NCBI GenBank assembly: GCA_951406725.2
Contig: OX597820.1
Coordinates: 55,490,001-55,554,000, forward strand
DNA: 64,000 nucleotides
From: Octopus vulgaris
Taxonomy: Eukaryota
Direction of reading: 5' to 3'
Below the pieces are notes generated by a model. The model saw only the letters and a program-made list of their open reading frames with translations. It was not told where the DNA came from and did no database searches. Each line of letters begins with the position of its first letter. The first letter of the stretch is position 1. Shown here piece by piece: positions 39,525 to 52,065 of the stretch. The position numbers were made by a program, and so were the translations under genes.

Positions 39525-39905
39525 AAGCATGTAGGCCTCATGGAGGCAAAGCGGCTGAGTTCCTTTTGAGTGTTGGGCCTCACAGAAGCAATGCTCAAGA
39601 CCTTTGGCATTATGTCATGCTTGAGAAGAAGACCCATCAAGCTGAGCAAAATCACAGTCATGACAGATACTGGTGTCACACAAATTAACATATAAATGCA
39701 CCCCAGTGTCATGCAAATGGAACCCGTGCCAGTGACATGTAAAAGCATTCATTACACTCTTCGAGTAGTTGGCATTAGGAAGAGCATCCAGCTGTAGAAA
39801 ACCATGCCGAATCAGACTAGAGCCTGGTGCAGCCTTCCAGCATGCCAGCCCGGTCAAACTGTCCGACCCATGCCAGTATGGACAATGGACCTTAAATGAT
39901 GATGT
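39525..39905 (+). mobile_element. RTE-type 3' UTR fragment
   Basis: GTTGGCATTAGGAAGAGCATCCAGCTGTAGAAA; (GAT)n. Confidence 0.75.
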
Positions 39906-41534
39906 AGGGGCTCCTAACATGGTTGCTAAACCTGATAGAAACAGTGGTAAAATCTCTCTCAAATTACACAGTACTGTCTTTAAAAAAAAGGAAAGACATA
40001 TTAGACAATGCAGTTCTAAATACATTGTCTAAAAAAGCAAAAAAAAAAAAGCGGGATGGTCACAGCTGGAATGTCTTTTGATCATAAACCTGAGGCTAGC
40101 CAACAAAAACTACCTACCCCCACCTACCCACCCCATTAACATCATCACAACTATGAACAATACAAGCATCAACACTCACCCTCCCAATCATTATCAGCTG
40201 AGCTGTTAGTGGAAAAGAGAAGTTAGTTAAATTACTAACATGGGGTTTTTAAATACAGAGAGACAGAAGACAGAGGAGAGAGAGAGAGAGAGGAAAGCAA
40301 GAGCATGAATGAGGGAATACAGATGGGCATGGGGGGTGAGGAGTGACAAAGAAAGTGAGATGTGTCTAAGGAATAACAAAGAGCATTCTTGGGCTGCTGT
40401 TGTTGTATAGCTTCAGGTCAACCCTAATTGAGCAGACCTCTGACGTACATAGAGGATTATATTGCAGACATAATCCGCTATGCAGCTTTCCCTTTTTGTA
40501 AGTCAAGCATTGTGTAATTCAAGGGATACTTGACTGCTATTTCTAGCAGGTGGGCTGATGGTTGGAACATAATGATATGCTCAGGAACAGCATCTTGAAC
40601 ATCAGCAGGAACCGTCGTGTCTCTTCACCCTATTATTTGCTACTCTTCACACCACCATCACCACCACCACCACCACCACCACCACCACCACCATCATCCA
40701 CTGTTCCAATGCCTTATAAACAATCAGAGCCCTAACCTGACAATGAGATGGGAGAAGAGGAAGGACTGAGAGAAGTCTCTTGGCAAAAAAAAAAGTAAGT
40801 AAAAATAAAATAAAATAAACCCTGCCATCACCTGAGATGCCAGTAAAGGCGGAAATAGCAAAGAGAGGACAAAATATGAAGGAAAACAAGAGAGAATGCA
40901 TTCCAAAGTAGATAATATGGAGCATGTAAAGAGTGCTTGGTGGTGAGAAGAGAGGAGGAGGAGGAATATTAAAATAAATAACCCCTCTCCCCACCACTAC
41001 CACCACCACCACCATCACGTCAGCATCATACCCTCTTACAACAAAAGCAAAATTAAATAGCCACCCCTTCTGCATAGGAGGGGGAAATAGAGAGATTCAC
41101 CTACTTCTATCAGCACCCATCCCACCCTCATCCTGCCACCATTACGTTGTTGTTGTTGTTGTTGTTGTTACGTTACAGCAATCACTGTTACCATCACAAC
41201 CACAGTCAATACAACCGAAATTATTATAAACATCATCACCTGTCACCGCTAGGACTGCTGTCACCGCCATCATACCATCATCGGTGGGGTTATCTACAGC
41301 TACTGTAACAACCATCAGCCACAACCAGGCTGTCACCATCACCACTAAAATGTCTGGAATTATTTGAGTGTGATAAGTCAGGTAGAGAATGCTGTGATGG
41401 AGTAGTGTGGTAAGTGGTACTGACAGGTGTTAGAAGAATTTCACAAAAACCCCCAAAAAACATCAATAACAAAAACATAAAGGTGAGGGGTGAAAGTAAA
41501 ACTTTGTATACTTTTAACATGTATGTGTGTGTAA

Positions 41535-42435
41535 GATGGCAAGCTGGTAGAAACGTTAGCATGCCAGGCAAAATGCTTAGTGATATTTCGTCTGTTTTTA
41601 TGTTCTGAGTTCAAATTCTGACGAGGTCAACTTTGCCTTTCATCCTTTCGGAGTTAATAGATTAAGTACCAGTTGCATACTGGAATCGATCTAATCGACT
41701 GGCCCCACCTCCCCCAAAATTTCAGCCTTGTGTCTAGAGTAGAAAAGAACATGTATGTGTATGTAAGATGGTGAGCTAGCAGAATAGTTAGCTGGCAAAA
41801 TCGTTAGGACAGCAGGCAAAATGCTTGGCGGCATTTCACCTGTCTTTATGTTATGAGTTCAAAATTCCGCAGAGGTCAACTTTACCCTTCATCCTTTTGG
41901 GTGGGGTTGATAAAATATGTACCCGTTGAGGAGTGGGGTTGATGCAATCAGCTTAGCCCCTCCATGACATTGTTGGCCTCAAGCTAGAATTTCAAACCAA
42001 TATGTACATGCATGTAGGCACAGCAAGCTCACAGTATCATTAGCACACTGAACAAAAACACTTAGCGGCATTTCATGTCTTTATGCTGTGAGTTCAAATT
42101 CTGCTGAGGTCAACTTTGCCATTCATCTTTTCAAGGTTGATAAAATAAGTACCAGTTGAACACTGGGGTTGATATAATATTGTAATTGACTTATCCCTCC
42201 CCTAAAATTGCTGGCCTTGTGCCAAAATTCGAAACTACTATGCATGTACATGGGAGTATGTATCTGCATGTATGAGGCAAACTTTGTCTTTTAAACATAT
42301 TTTTTTCTAAAGGCACAAGGCCTGAAATTTTGGAGAAGGGGTTTCTTAATTGCATTGACCCCAGTGCTTGACTAGTACTTATTTTATCGACCCAGAAAGG
42401 CTAAGTTGACCGCAATAGAACTTGAACTCAGAAGA
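41535..42435. mobile_element. Cluster of SINE B copies (three + strand, one - strand)
   Basis: Repeated GAGTTCAAATTC..GAGGTCAACTTTGCCTTTCATCC units at ~41535, 41765, 42020, 42305. Confidence 0.82.
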
Positions 42436-42545
42436 TAAAAAAACAAGACACGTGAATATTTTTATGTGTGTAGTTTGTTTGAAACAGCAAAATTTCCAAA
42501 TCCATCATCAATGTTTCTAGACCTTCAAGGTCTCATCTTTTAGAT

Positions 42546-42676
42546 CAGTCATGGGCAAACTGCAGCCTGTGGGATTTTCTGAAAGGCACATCAAACGAAT
42601 GGATTTTCTTTAGTAGTGCAGCCCATCTGATGATGACCCATGTAGCCCACTTTTCAAAAACGGATGTCCATGTCTG
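42546..42676. mobile_element. hAT-type MITE (131 bp)
   Basis: TIR CAGTCATGGGCA/TGTCCATGTCTG; 8-bp target duplication TTTTAGAT on both sides. Confidence 0.8.
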
Positions 42677-43694
42677 TTTTAGATGAAGTGATGTTAGCAT
42701 GCATGTTGCTGCCTTATAAAACTGTAGACAGAGCCAATGAGATGGGTGTTGATATTAAATTAATGCTGGAATTAGAATTGTTGTCAGATTAATACATCAA
42801 TTACATGTTTGTGAATAATGAATGTTATCCAACTTAATTTAATATTGTGAGGTGTTATGAGTATAATGTCCATCACTGATCATCTACTTTTGTGGGGAAT
42901 TATCTGTACTATAAGCATGTTGTTTATAAATGTTTTCCTATCATGTTTTATAATATGATTTGTGATGTGCATTGCAACTGCTCCTTGGAAATGCATGAAC
43001 AGTTGGCAAAAATTGCTCTATTTGTACCATTATTATCATCATCATTTTAACATCCACTTTTCCATGCTTGCATGGGTCCAACAGAGTTTACAGAGGCAGA
43101 TTCTTTATGATCAGATGTTCTCCCAGTTGCCAACCCCATCTGTTCCCAAACAAGATAATATATTTCCCTATGGCCAGATATGTTCTTGCAGAATGTTGGA
43201 AATGAATGACACTGCTAGTATGACAGTGGAAATCATTTTAAACTATCACAAAAAGACTCGTGCACACAGACACACAACAGGCTTCTTTCAGTTTCTGTCA
43301 ACCAAATCCACTCGCAAGGCTTTGGTCGCCCCAGGGCTATGGTGGTAGACATTTGCCCAAGGTACCACACACTGGGACTGAATCCAAGACCACATGGTTG
43401 GGAAGCAAACTTCTTACCACAAAGCCAAATCTGTGTCTACAAATAGTCACACACCAGCACCTAAACACAATCACGCCAGTATGAGTAACACCATAGTTAA
43501 AATCACAGACTGTACAACTTTCAGTACTTGCGATCAAATTTGAACATCCCATTGTTTATGCATGTTATTTATAGGTTTGAGTGCTAGTAGTTTGTTGTTG
43601 GTAGGCATGTTTTTAATCTGGGCTCTTTTTTTCTTAGTATATTATTAATGTTAGTTTATAGTTAAGTATAATACATTTTATGCTCTATTTTATG

Positions 43695-44276
43695 CGTGAC
43701 CCGACTTTTCGTCTGATATCACTTTTGGTCCAATGTCTTTTTGTCCAATGACTTTTTGTCCAATTTTAAATAAAATCTTTAGAAATCAAAGTGAATGTCA
43801 TGTGAATTCGAAGTGAACACAGCCTTCTTTTCTCATATCTCCAGTATTCTTTTCCTAGTTTTGTATTGCTTGAATGAAAATCGTAGATGTAATTACTTTC
43901 ATCAACTACTTTTCTTTTGCATTTGGTTGATACTATAAACTTGTCATTTCGGGATGGGTAAATAAAAATATGTACACTAAATTTGCTGTACACTCTATAC
44001 ACAGTACCATACTTAAGGGAGAGAAAGAAAAGGAGAAAGTAAAACTGTTAACAGAGAAGGAAAAAGAACGATAGTAACGATCCTATAATGAGGCTCGTTA
44101 TAGTTCTGTGAATATATTATTAGAGATATTTCACCTTGCTTTCTAAAGAGTTTATTTAAAATTGAACAAAAAGTCGTTGGACAAAAAAAAATGAATGAAC
44201 AAAAAGACGTTGGACGAAAAGATGTGGACAAAAAGACGTTTGACAAAGAGACGTCGGACGAAAAGATGCAGCACCG
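43695..44276. mobile_element. Foldback/Mutator-like non-autonomous element with modular TIRs
   Basis: TIRs built of ~15-bp units (TTGGACAAAAAGACG)n plus TTTAAATAAA-TCTTTAGAAA; flanked by 7-bp direct repeat TTTTATG. Confidence 0.72.
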
Positions 44277-45032
44277 TTTTATGAGGTTTTTAAAAATGTG
44301 TGCATCTATCCTATAGTTAGTTCATTTGTTTAAAGTTTGTTTTTCCATGCTAGCATGGGTGTAGACAGATATTTATCTGGGGAAGGATTTTCTTCCCATT
44401 GCCAACTTTTACCTGTTTTTTAAGTAAGGGATATCTTTATTTCACAGGTCCTTGAACAGGCAGAATGACTGTGTTAAGATCAGTACTGTTTTCCTGTGGT
44501 AGTGATAAGCATGGACTATAGAAACATGAATGTACATTTGTGCATGAGCACACATACATATGTGACAGACTTCCTGTAGTTTGCACCCACCAAAATCCCT
44601 CAGTTGGCACTGGTCGACTCAGAACTGTACTCAAAAACTGCTTGCATTTGTTACTGTATATGCATTTAATTCATGTAAAACACTTTGTGCACATGCATTA
44701 TCATCATCAATAACATTTACCCCTTTAGCATTTAAACTGGCCATATCTGACCAAATTATAGTACCTGATGTTCAAAGTGACCAGATCTGGCCTCTCACAC
44801 CTATCCTGTAATGTAATTTTTAAACTAAACAATCACATTATCAAAATCTAGAACTTATAAGATAAAGCATTATTAATTCAAAACAATGTGAATAAATTAC
44901 CATTATATTTGACAGAATAATATGAATGCTAAAGGTTAGTTTCCATATTCCATGCTGGCATATGTTGGATGATTTGACAGGATCCAATAGGTCCAAGGAT
45001 TGCATTGTGTTCCAGTGTCTACTTTGGTATGG

Positions 45033-45170
45033 TTTCTTATTTCTTTATTGCCCACAAGGGGCTAAACACAGAGAGGACAAACAAGGACAGACAAACGGAT
45101 TAAGTCGATTATATCGACCCCAGTGCGTAACTGGTACTTATTTAATCGCCCCCGAAAGGATGAAAGGCAA
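45033..45170 (-). mobile_element. SINE B 3' part with Tx1-like tail
   Basis: Reverse complement of TTTAGCCCCTTGTGGGCAATAAAGAAATAAG. Confidence 0.82.
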
Positions 45171-45306
45171 ATTATTTCTAGCTAATTCTTTCCAAACAAT
45201 GCCAATCAATAAAGTCAAGGCTCAATTCAGATTTCTGCTGTGTTAAACTGATAAGGGATAAATTTTCCTCTGGAAAGGATGCTAGCTTATGTAAATCTCC
45301 TTACAA

Positions 45307-45725
45307 GAGGTGGCGAGCTGGCAGAACCGTTAGCACGCCAGGCGAAATGCTTAGCGGTATTTCGTCTGCCGCTACGTTCTGAGTTCAAATTTTGCCAAGG
45401 TCGACTTTGCCTTTCATCCTTTCGGGGTCGATTAAATAAGTACCAGTTACGCACTGGGGTCAATACAATCGACTTAATCCGTTTGTCTGTCCTTGTTTGT
45501 CCTCTCTGTATTTAGCCCCTTGTGGGTAGTAAAGAAATAGGTATTTCGTCTGCCGTTACGTTCTGAGTTCAAATTCCGCCGAGGTCGACTTTGCCTTTCA
45601 TCCTTTTGGGATTGATTAAATAAGTACCAGCTACGCACTGGGGTCGATATAATCGACTTAATTTGTTTCTCTGTCCTTGTTTGTCCCCTCTGTGTGTAGC
45701 CCCTTGTGGGCAGTAAAGAAATAAG
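45307..45725 (+). mobile_element. Young SINE B head-to-tail dimer with Tx1-like tails
   Basis: Full copy 45307..45540 then 5'-truncated copy 45541..45725; CpG-rich; each ends GCCCCTTGTGGG.AGTAAAGAAATA. Confidence 0.88.
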
Positions 45726-46246
45726 AGGTAGTGTACTCACTAATGCAAGCTAATACACATCAGGCCTGCTACAAATTACAGCACAAGGTAATATAACTCT
45801 GTGGTTCCTACTATCAGTTAAATAGACTCAGCTATCAAGAGTTAATCCTATAATATCTATTATAAATACCATCAATTCTGCGTAATTGCAGACTAGATAA
45901 TTGCATAATCAGTAAATTGCATAATTTGTTTTTTAAACAGTGAACTATTTTAGCAGCAAATTGATGTAAAATTGATTGGCTTACTGCATACACAAATATC
46001 AATTTAGTTAAATGCATATGCAAATATTATCAATTTCAGCATGAAATCAAACACTTATTTAGTTTGATATAAATAAGGTGTTTTGGGAGCTTCTATTGTT
46101 ATGGCACCAATCAGTATTTCGTGTTTACAAACAATCAACATCAAGAGTCAAATGTACTCAGGTTATTATCACCTTTCCAATGAATATAAAGATAATGAAA
46201 GTTCAGATTCCAGTACATTTTTATCTGTGTAGTTTCTATTGTGCAG

Positions 46247-46565
46247 GGGCGTGGCTTAGTGGTTAGGGGCATTCAGCTCACGAGCGTAAGGTCATGAGTT
46301 CAATTCCCCGGCAACGCATTGTGTCCTTGAGCAAGACACTTTATTTCTCATTGCTCCAGTCCACTCAGCTGGCAAAAATGAGTAGTACCTGTATTTCAAA
46401 GGACCAGCCTTGTCACTTTGTGTCATGCTGAATCTCCCTGAGAACTACATTCAGGGTACACATGTCTGTAGAGTGTTCAGCCACTTGCACATTAATTTCA
46501 CAAGCAGGCTGTTCTGTTGATTGTATCAACTGGAACCTTGTCGTCATAACCAATGGAGTGCCAGT
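46247..46565 (+). mobile_element. tRNA-derived SINE family C2
   Basis: Homologous to 61328..61654. Confidence 0.82.
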
Positions 46566-46919
46566 TATAGTTATAAAATTCTTAGATAAAATTTGTAGAA
46601 AAAGAGTTTGGAATCATGTGGCAAACATGATATTTTTTCATCTTCAAGTACATCAGTGGTTCTTAACCTGAGTGATAGTACCCCCTTGCTGTTAGTTTAC
46701 AAGGGAATGGTAAATGTCATGGGGGGGGGGGGGGTATGAAGGGTGGTGGGTATTTAGAGGGGCTTGTAAGTTTTTTTTTTTTGTTTTGCCACTTCAACAT
46801 GGCTGTTCTGTACAGAACTACATTTCTACCATTTTTTTTAACCTCAGGAGGACATCTCCAGCTGGTTAATGACACAACCTGTCTGACATATTACAAGCAG
46901 GGGAGCAAGCCCCGACCAC

Positions 46920-46995
46920 CTAGCAGTGACAAGATCAGTATACCAGACTGGTTTCAGGGTATTTCCCTTGTCAGTACTGGACACCTGTCTGCTAG
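46920..46995 (-). ncRNA. Type I hammerhead ribozyme (G8->A variant)
   Basis: Minus strand: CTAGCAG-ACAGGTGT-CCAGTA-CTGACAA-GGGAAATACCCT-GAAA-CCAGTCTGG-TA-TACTGA-TCTTGTCA-CTGCTAG. Confidence 0.8.
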
Positions 46996-47199
46996 ACATG
47001 GCAGTTGTTTGTCCTAGCTTGCAATATATAGAAAAACAACAGCCATGGTGAAATGGGAACAAACATTATTTTTCAGTATTGTTACTACTTACAACTCTTA
47101 TAGAGATTTTAGAACTAGCTACTTTGCTTGTTGCAAAATCAGCAACTGAATATAGCATGTTTTTCAATATGTTGCGAGCTAGGCCAAATGGCTGCCATG

Positions 47200-47278
47200 T
47201 CTAGCAGACAGGTTTCCAGTACTGACAAAGGAAAATATCCTGAAACCAGACTGGTGTACTGGTCTTGTCACTTCTAGA
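47200..47278 (+). ncRNA. Type I hammerhead ribozyme (degenerate)
   Basis: CCAGTA-CTGACAA-AGGA/AAATA/TCCT-GAAA-CCAG/A/CTGG-TG-TACTGG with extended stem I. Confidence 0.78.
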
Positions 47279-47591
47279 TGGTAGGGGTTCACTTCCCTGC
47301 TCATAATATATCAGACACAGGTTGTGTTATTAACCAGCTGGAGGAGATGTCCTCCTGGGGTTAAAAAATGGAAGTAATGTAGTTCCGTATGGAACAGCCA
47401 TGTTGGAGTGGCAACAGACATTACTTTTCAGTATTGTTACTACTTACATTTCTTATAAAGATTTAGAACTAGCTACTTTGCTCGTTTGTAAGTTTTCTTA
47501 GAAATAAAATATTTAAACCAGGTACAATATTCCATTTAACTTTTTAACATTTCAACCAGCCATATCCAGTCAAAATATTCTACCTGTTTCC

Positions 47592-47775
47592 AGGCAACAT
47601 GCTCAGCAATATTTCGTCTGTCTTTATGTTCTGAGTTCAAATTCAGCTGAGTTTGACTTTGCCTTTCATCCTTTCGGGGTTGATAAATTAAGTACCAGTT
47701 GCATACTGGGGTCAATCTAATCGACTGGCCCCCTCCCCTGAAATTTTGAGCTTTGTGCCTAGAGTAGAAAAGAAT
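47592..47775 (+). mobile_element. SINE B nested in a TTAA MITE
   Basis: Family motifs; AATATTCTACCTGTTTC duplicated on both sides. Confidence 0.78.
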
Positions 47776-47811
47776 ATTCTACCTGTTTCATGCTTAAACT
47801 AGCTAGATCTA

Positions 47812-48080
47812 GCTTCCATGACTTTCGGAAACATATTTTCATGCTAAGAGTTGCTGAAGTATGGAACAAACTGCCGGCATCAGTTGTTAGTTGTTGGAGA
47901 ACTGCATCCTTCAAAACTTCCATGCTTCTGAGATTTGCCAACACTACACCTGATTTTCTCCCGTCCATACACACACTTCCCAGACATTTGTACATTACTG
48001 CATATGTTTTATACGCACTTTTGACAAGTTGTGGTGCACCTGAGCACTGTATACAATAATTTCATTTTAATTATTATTAT
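47812..48080 (+). mobile_element. CR1/L2-type LINE 3' fragment with (TTA)n tail
   Basis: FRKHIFMLRVAEVWNKLPASVV motif. Confidence 0.75.
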
Positions 48081-49056
48081 TCACACCTACACTAACGTAT
48101 CACTTTACAAATAAACAATCATAGCATTGAAATCTCAAAACTGTCAAACAATGCAAGATTAATTTAAAATTATGTGAATGAATAAGCATTACATTTGACA
48201 GTGTAATCTGAATGCTAAAGGGTTAAACACATTTTCTAAATAAGTCTTTGTTGGGATTAGAATATGTGCCAGACCAATGTTAGAAAAACATGATTGATGA
48301 TGCACCAAGGTCCAGTATCATTATCTTTTAACATCTATGTTCTATGCTGGCATGGATTGGTCAGTTCGACAGGATCTGACGAGTCCAAGGACTGCAACGT
48401 CTGCTTTGGTATGGTTTGTATAGTGGGATATCCTTCCAAATTCTAACCACTTTACAGCTTGTACCAGGTATTTTTATAATTTTTTTTTCTAAGACTTTAT
48501 CTTCTTTAGTAGTTTCTATGAAAATTTAACATTGTCACTGGTGTAAGCAAATATTTAAAAAGCAGACCATGCTGGATGGGAAAGTATAAGGGAACATAGA
48601 TAATAAACTACTGTACAAAATTAGTCGCTGCTTGATTAAAATAATTGTTTTAAAAATCAAAACACATGAAGAAGGTGTCTCTAAAACAACACTGGACGAA
48701 AGGAGTGCGTTGTTGAGTTAGAAATGGTTGAGAACCACTGAAGTACATTAACCTGTAATTAACCTAATTATTTGTTTCTAAACACACAGCTCCCCACCGA
48801 CATATATACACACAACAGTTGTTATCATTGTGTAATTCAAAGTGTATGAAAGTCATTGTCAGAACATATGAGTCTAGCTAAGTTTGAGTAATTAGAAATC
48901 ATAATTAGAAAATATAAAACAAATTCAATATCCTTATAGGAGCTAAGTCAAATGCTTGCCATGCTGATAGATAAAATAGGTGGTACTGGGTCAACCAGAA
49001 GTGAATTATGTGTACACAAGATGTACTTTTAATATATAACTCTTCTTGTTTTATTT

Positions 49057-49273
49057 AGGGTAGTGAGCTGGCAGAATTTGTTAGCATACCAGGTAAAATG
49101 CTTAGTGGCATTTCGTCTGTCTTTACATTCTAAGTTCAAATTTCAATGAAGTCTATTTTACCTTTCATCCTTTCAGGGTTGATAAAATAAATATCAGTTT
49201 AGTATGGGAGTTGATGTAATCTACTAAATCTCTTCCCTGAAATTGCTGGTCTTGTACCAAAATTTGAGACCAA
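49057..49273 (+). mobile_element. SINE family B, diverged
   Basis: Family head, central and tail motifs. Confidence 0.75.
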
Positions 49274-50276
49274 TATGTAAATATTTTATTCTTGTTTAAT
49301 TAAATAATCATGCATGTGTAACATTACTACAATACCTTACTATTTTTTATCTTATAGTCCATGACACTTTGCAGAGCCTCTAAGACTGTGGAAGGAAGGA
49401 AAGGGGAAGATATTCTTAAGCATTTGGTATTCAGATTATTCTATCAAATGTAATGCTTATATATTCACATTGTTTTGAACCAATCACGTATTACTTCACA
49501 GCTTTGAGATTTTGATGTGATTGTTTTACCTTTAGAATAACATTGTGTTAGAATGACAATTCAGGGTAAGTGTGAAAGGCCAGATCTAGCCAGTTTGAAT
49601 ATAAAGCAAGTAAAACATTTTGGTTGGACATAGCTAGTTAAAATGCTCAAGGGTTAAACCAGAAACCGGGCCCAAATGTTTCTGAGAGAGTGGATCTACT
49701 GAAGAACACTAAGGTTCTTAAACCGGGTGACAAATTAAGCCTATCACTGAAGTAGGCTGTGGTGGGATTTGAACTCAAAATGAAAAAAATTTAGAACAAA
49801 TACTACAAGGTATTTGGTCCAACAGCCTCACTGTTCCACTAATCTACTTCTTTTTCTTGTTTTAATAATTTTGACTGTGGCCATGCTGGAGTACTGCCTT
49901 TTGGTCGTAGATATTGACCCCTATTGACTCTGAAAAGATGACAGAAAAAGTTGACCGTAGCAGAATTGGAACTCAGAATGGAGAGAGCTGGGCTAAATAG
50001 TTCTGAGGTAGTCTATCCAACATTCTATCAATTTAACCAATTCACCTACTAACAATGTATAGCAATTTCTCAATTTATTGATTACTATGGGAAGTGAAAG
50101 TAATTGCTTAATTGCAATTAAGCCAAATTAACTGTAAAATGCATTTATAGAAACAAAAAAAATGAGAGAATTTAAGACTCGGGTGAGTTCTAAGGATTCT
50201 TTAAGTTTATACTTTAGGTAACAACCTGGTTTTTGTTACAGAATTAATGACAGAGTAATTTGTTTGATTGTTTGTA

Positions 50277-50308
<32 letters not shown>

Positions 50309-50554
50309 TTCATTATCATTTAACGCTTACTTTTCTATGCTTGCATAAGTGACATAGAATTTGTTGACACATATTTTCTATGACCAGACGCCCTTCCTGT
50401 TGCCAACTTTATCTGATATCTCTCCATGGCAAGACATATTTTTTACAGAAAGCAGAAAATTAATAACCTTGCTTGTATGATTTTGCTCATTCACAACCAT
50501 CATGTGATGACTAGGCAAAGGTACATTACACACACACTAACATATATATTTTTC

Positions 50555-50905
50555 TTTTATTCTTTTTCTTGTTTTAATAATTTTGACTGTGGCCATGCTG
50601 GAGTACTGCCTTTTGGTCGTAGATATTGACCCCTAGACTTATTCTTTGTAAGCATGGTACTTATTCTATCAATCTCTTATGCCAAACCACTAAGTTACGG
50701 GGACGTAAACACACCAGCATTGGTTGTCAAGTGATGATGGGGAGGACAAACACAGACACAAAAATATATACATATATATATATATATATATACAATGAGC
50801 TTCTTTCAGTTTCTGTCTACCAAATCCATCCAAAAGGCTTTAGTTGGCCCAAGGCTATAGTAGAAGACATTTGGTCATGGTGACAGGCTGTGGAACTGAA
50901 CCCGT
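50555..50905 (-). mobile_element. SINE family A
   Basis: TTTGACTGTGGCCATGCTGGAG..CTTCTTTCAGTTTCTGTCTACCAAATCC. Confidence 0.8.
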
Positions 50906-51764
50906 CGTTGTCATCATCATCATCATCATCATTATTATTATTATTTAACGTCTGGATGCCCTTCCTAACACCAACCACTTTGCAGAGTGTGCCGGGTGCT
51001 TTTTACATGCCACTCGCATGAGTACATTCATGTAGCACCAACATGAGTGTCTCTTATGTGGCACCAGCACCTTAAAGAAAAGGCCTGTATGTATAGATAT
51101 CAGTGAATTTATTTAGCTTGATGCGTCTTCTCGAGTACTGCAAACCACCACAACTCCTGGTCCCTCATCATTTCCTCAGTGAGGTGCATCATCCAAAGAT
51201 CTTTTCTCACCACTTTGTCCCACGTCTTCCTAGGTCTATCAACTGCCACAGGTTTCCTCTACAATTAGAGCTTAGTACTTCTTTATGCAGCTGTCCTCAT
51301 ATCTCTCTCTTTTACACACACACACACATACACACAGAAAAAAAACCCAGGTTTTTTCAGTTTTTGACTACCAAATCAATTCAAAAGTCTTTGGTTGGCC
51401 CAGAGGTACAGAAGATACTTGCTCAAGATTCATGCAAGGTTCACAGCTATAGAAGATACCTGCTCAAGTTCATAGAAAAGATACAGGATTATACAGTACG
51501 TATAAGGCAACCACCTAAGCTGCTGCCCATGATTCTGAGTCCCTGCCCTACCTGGTGTTGAAATTCCATGGTGCTAAGCAGATGAGTGAAAAATCTTTTC
51601 CTAAACAAGATGCTGGTTGCTTACAAGCATGGGCATCCTGTCAAGAGATTTTCCCCTCATCTGCTTAATAGTATGAAATCAGAGCAAAACACCAACTTTT
51701 AAAAGTTTGTCAGGATTCAGGTGTAACAGTAGCTTGTATTGAGCATTGTATTGAGGCATTTTTT

Positions 51765-52065
51765 ATGCCTCCTTTTCAAGCCTAGCCAGGCTAATGGGCC
51801 CAGTTTCCCAGTTTCTATGGCATATGTGTTCTCCCCAGCTGGACGGGACGCCAGTCCATCACAACATTACTCAAAAAACAGGAAGAGTGAGAGAAAGTTG
51901 GGGTGAAAGAGTACAACAGGGGTTGCCACCACCCACTGCTGGAGCCTCATGAAGCTTTAGGTGTTTTTGCTCAATAAACACACACAACGCCCGGTCTGGG
52001 AATCGAAACCGTGATCCTCCAACTGTGAGCCCGCTGCCCTAACCACTGGGCCATTGCGCCTCCAC
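51765..52065 (-). mobile_element. tRNA-derived SINE family D
   Basis: Reverse complement of TGGAGGCGCAATGGCCCAGTGGTTAGGGCAGCGG..GGTTTCGATTCCC; homologous to 62901..63205. Confidence 0.85.

Larger units (their letters stand above)
46786..47491. repeat. Hammerhead-containing ~355-bp repeat: inverted copy plus ~1.3 tandem monomers (retrozyme-like)
   Basis: 46786..47038 is an inverted copy of 47158..47414; 47038..47137 is repeated directly at 47393..47491. Confidence 0.85.
46654..48740. mobile_element. hAT (Charlie-like) non-autonomous element with nested insertions
   Basis: TIR CAGTGGTTCTTAACC / GGTTGAGAACCACTG; identical 8-bp TSD AAGTACAT at 46646..46653 and 48741..48748. Confidence 0.88.

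Noticed and set aside
51576-51667. Imperfect ~25-bp inverted repeat
   Set aside because: No TSD or second copy in the window; insufficient to call a MITE or ncRNA
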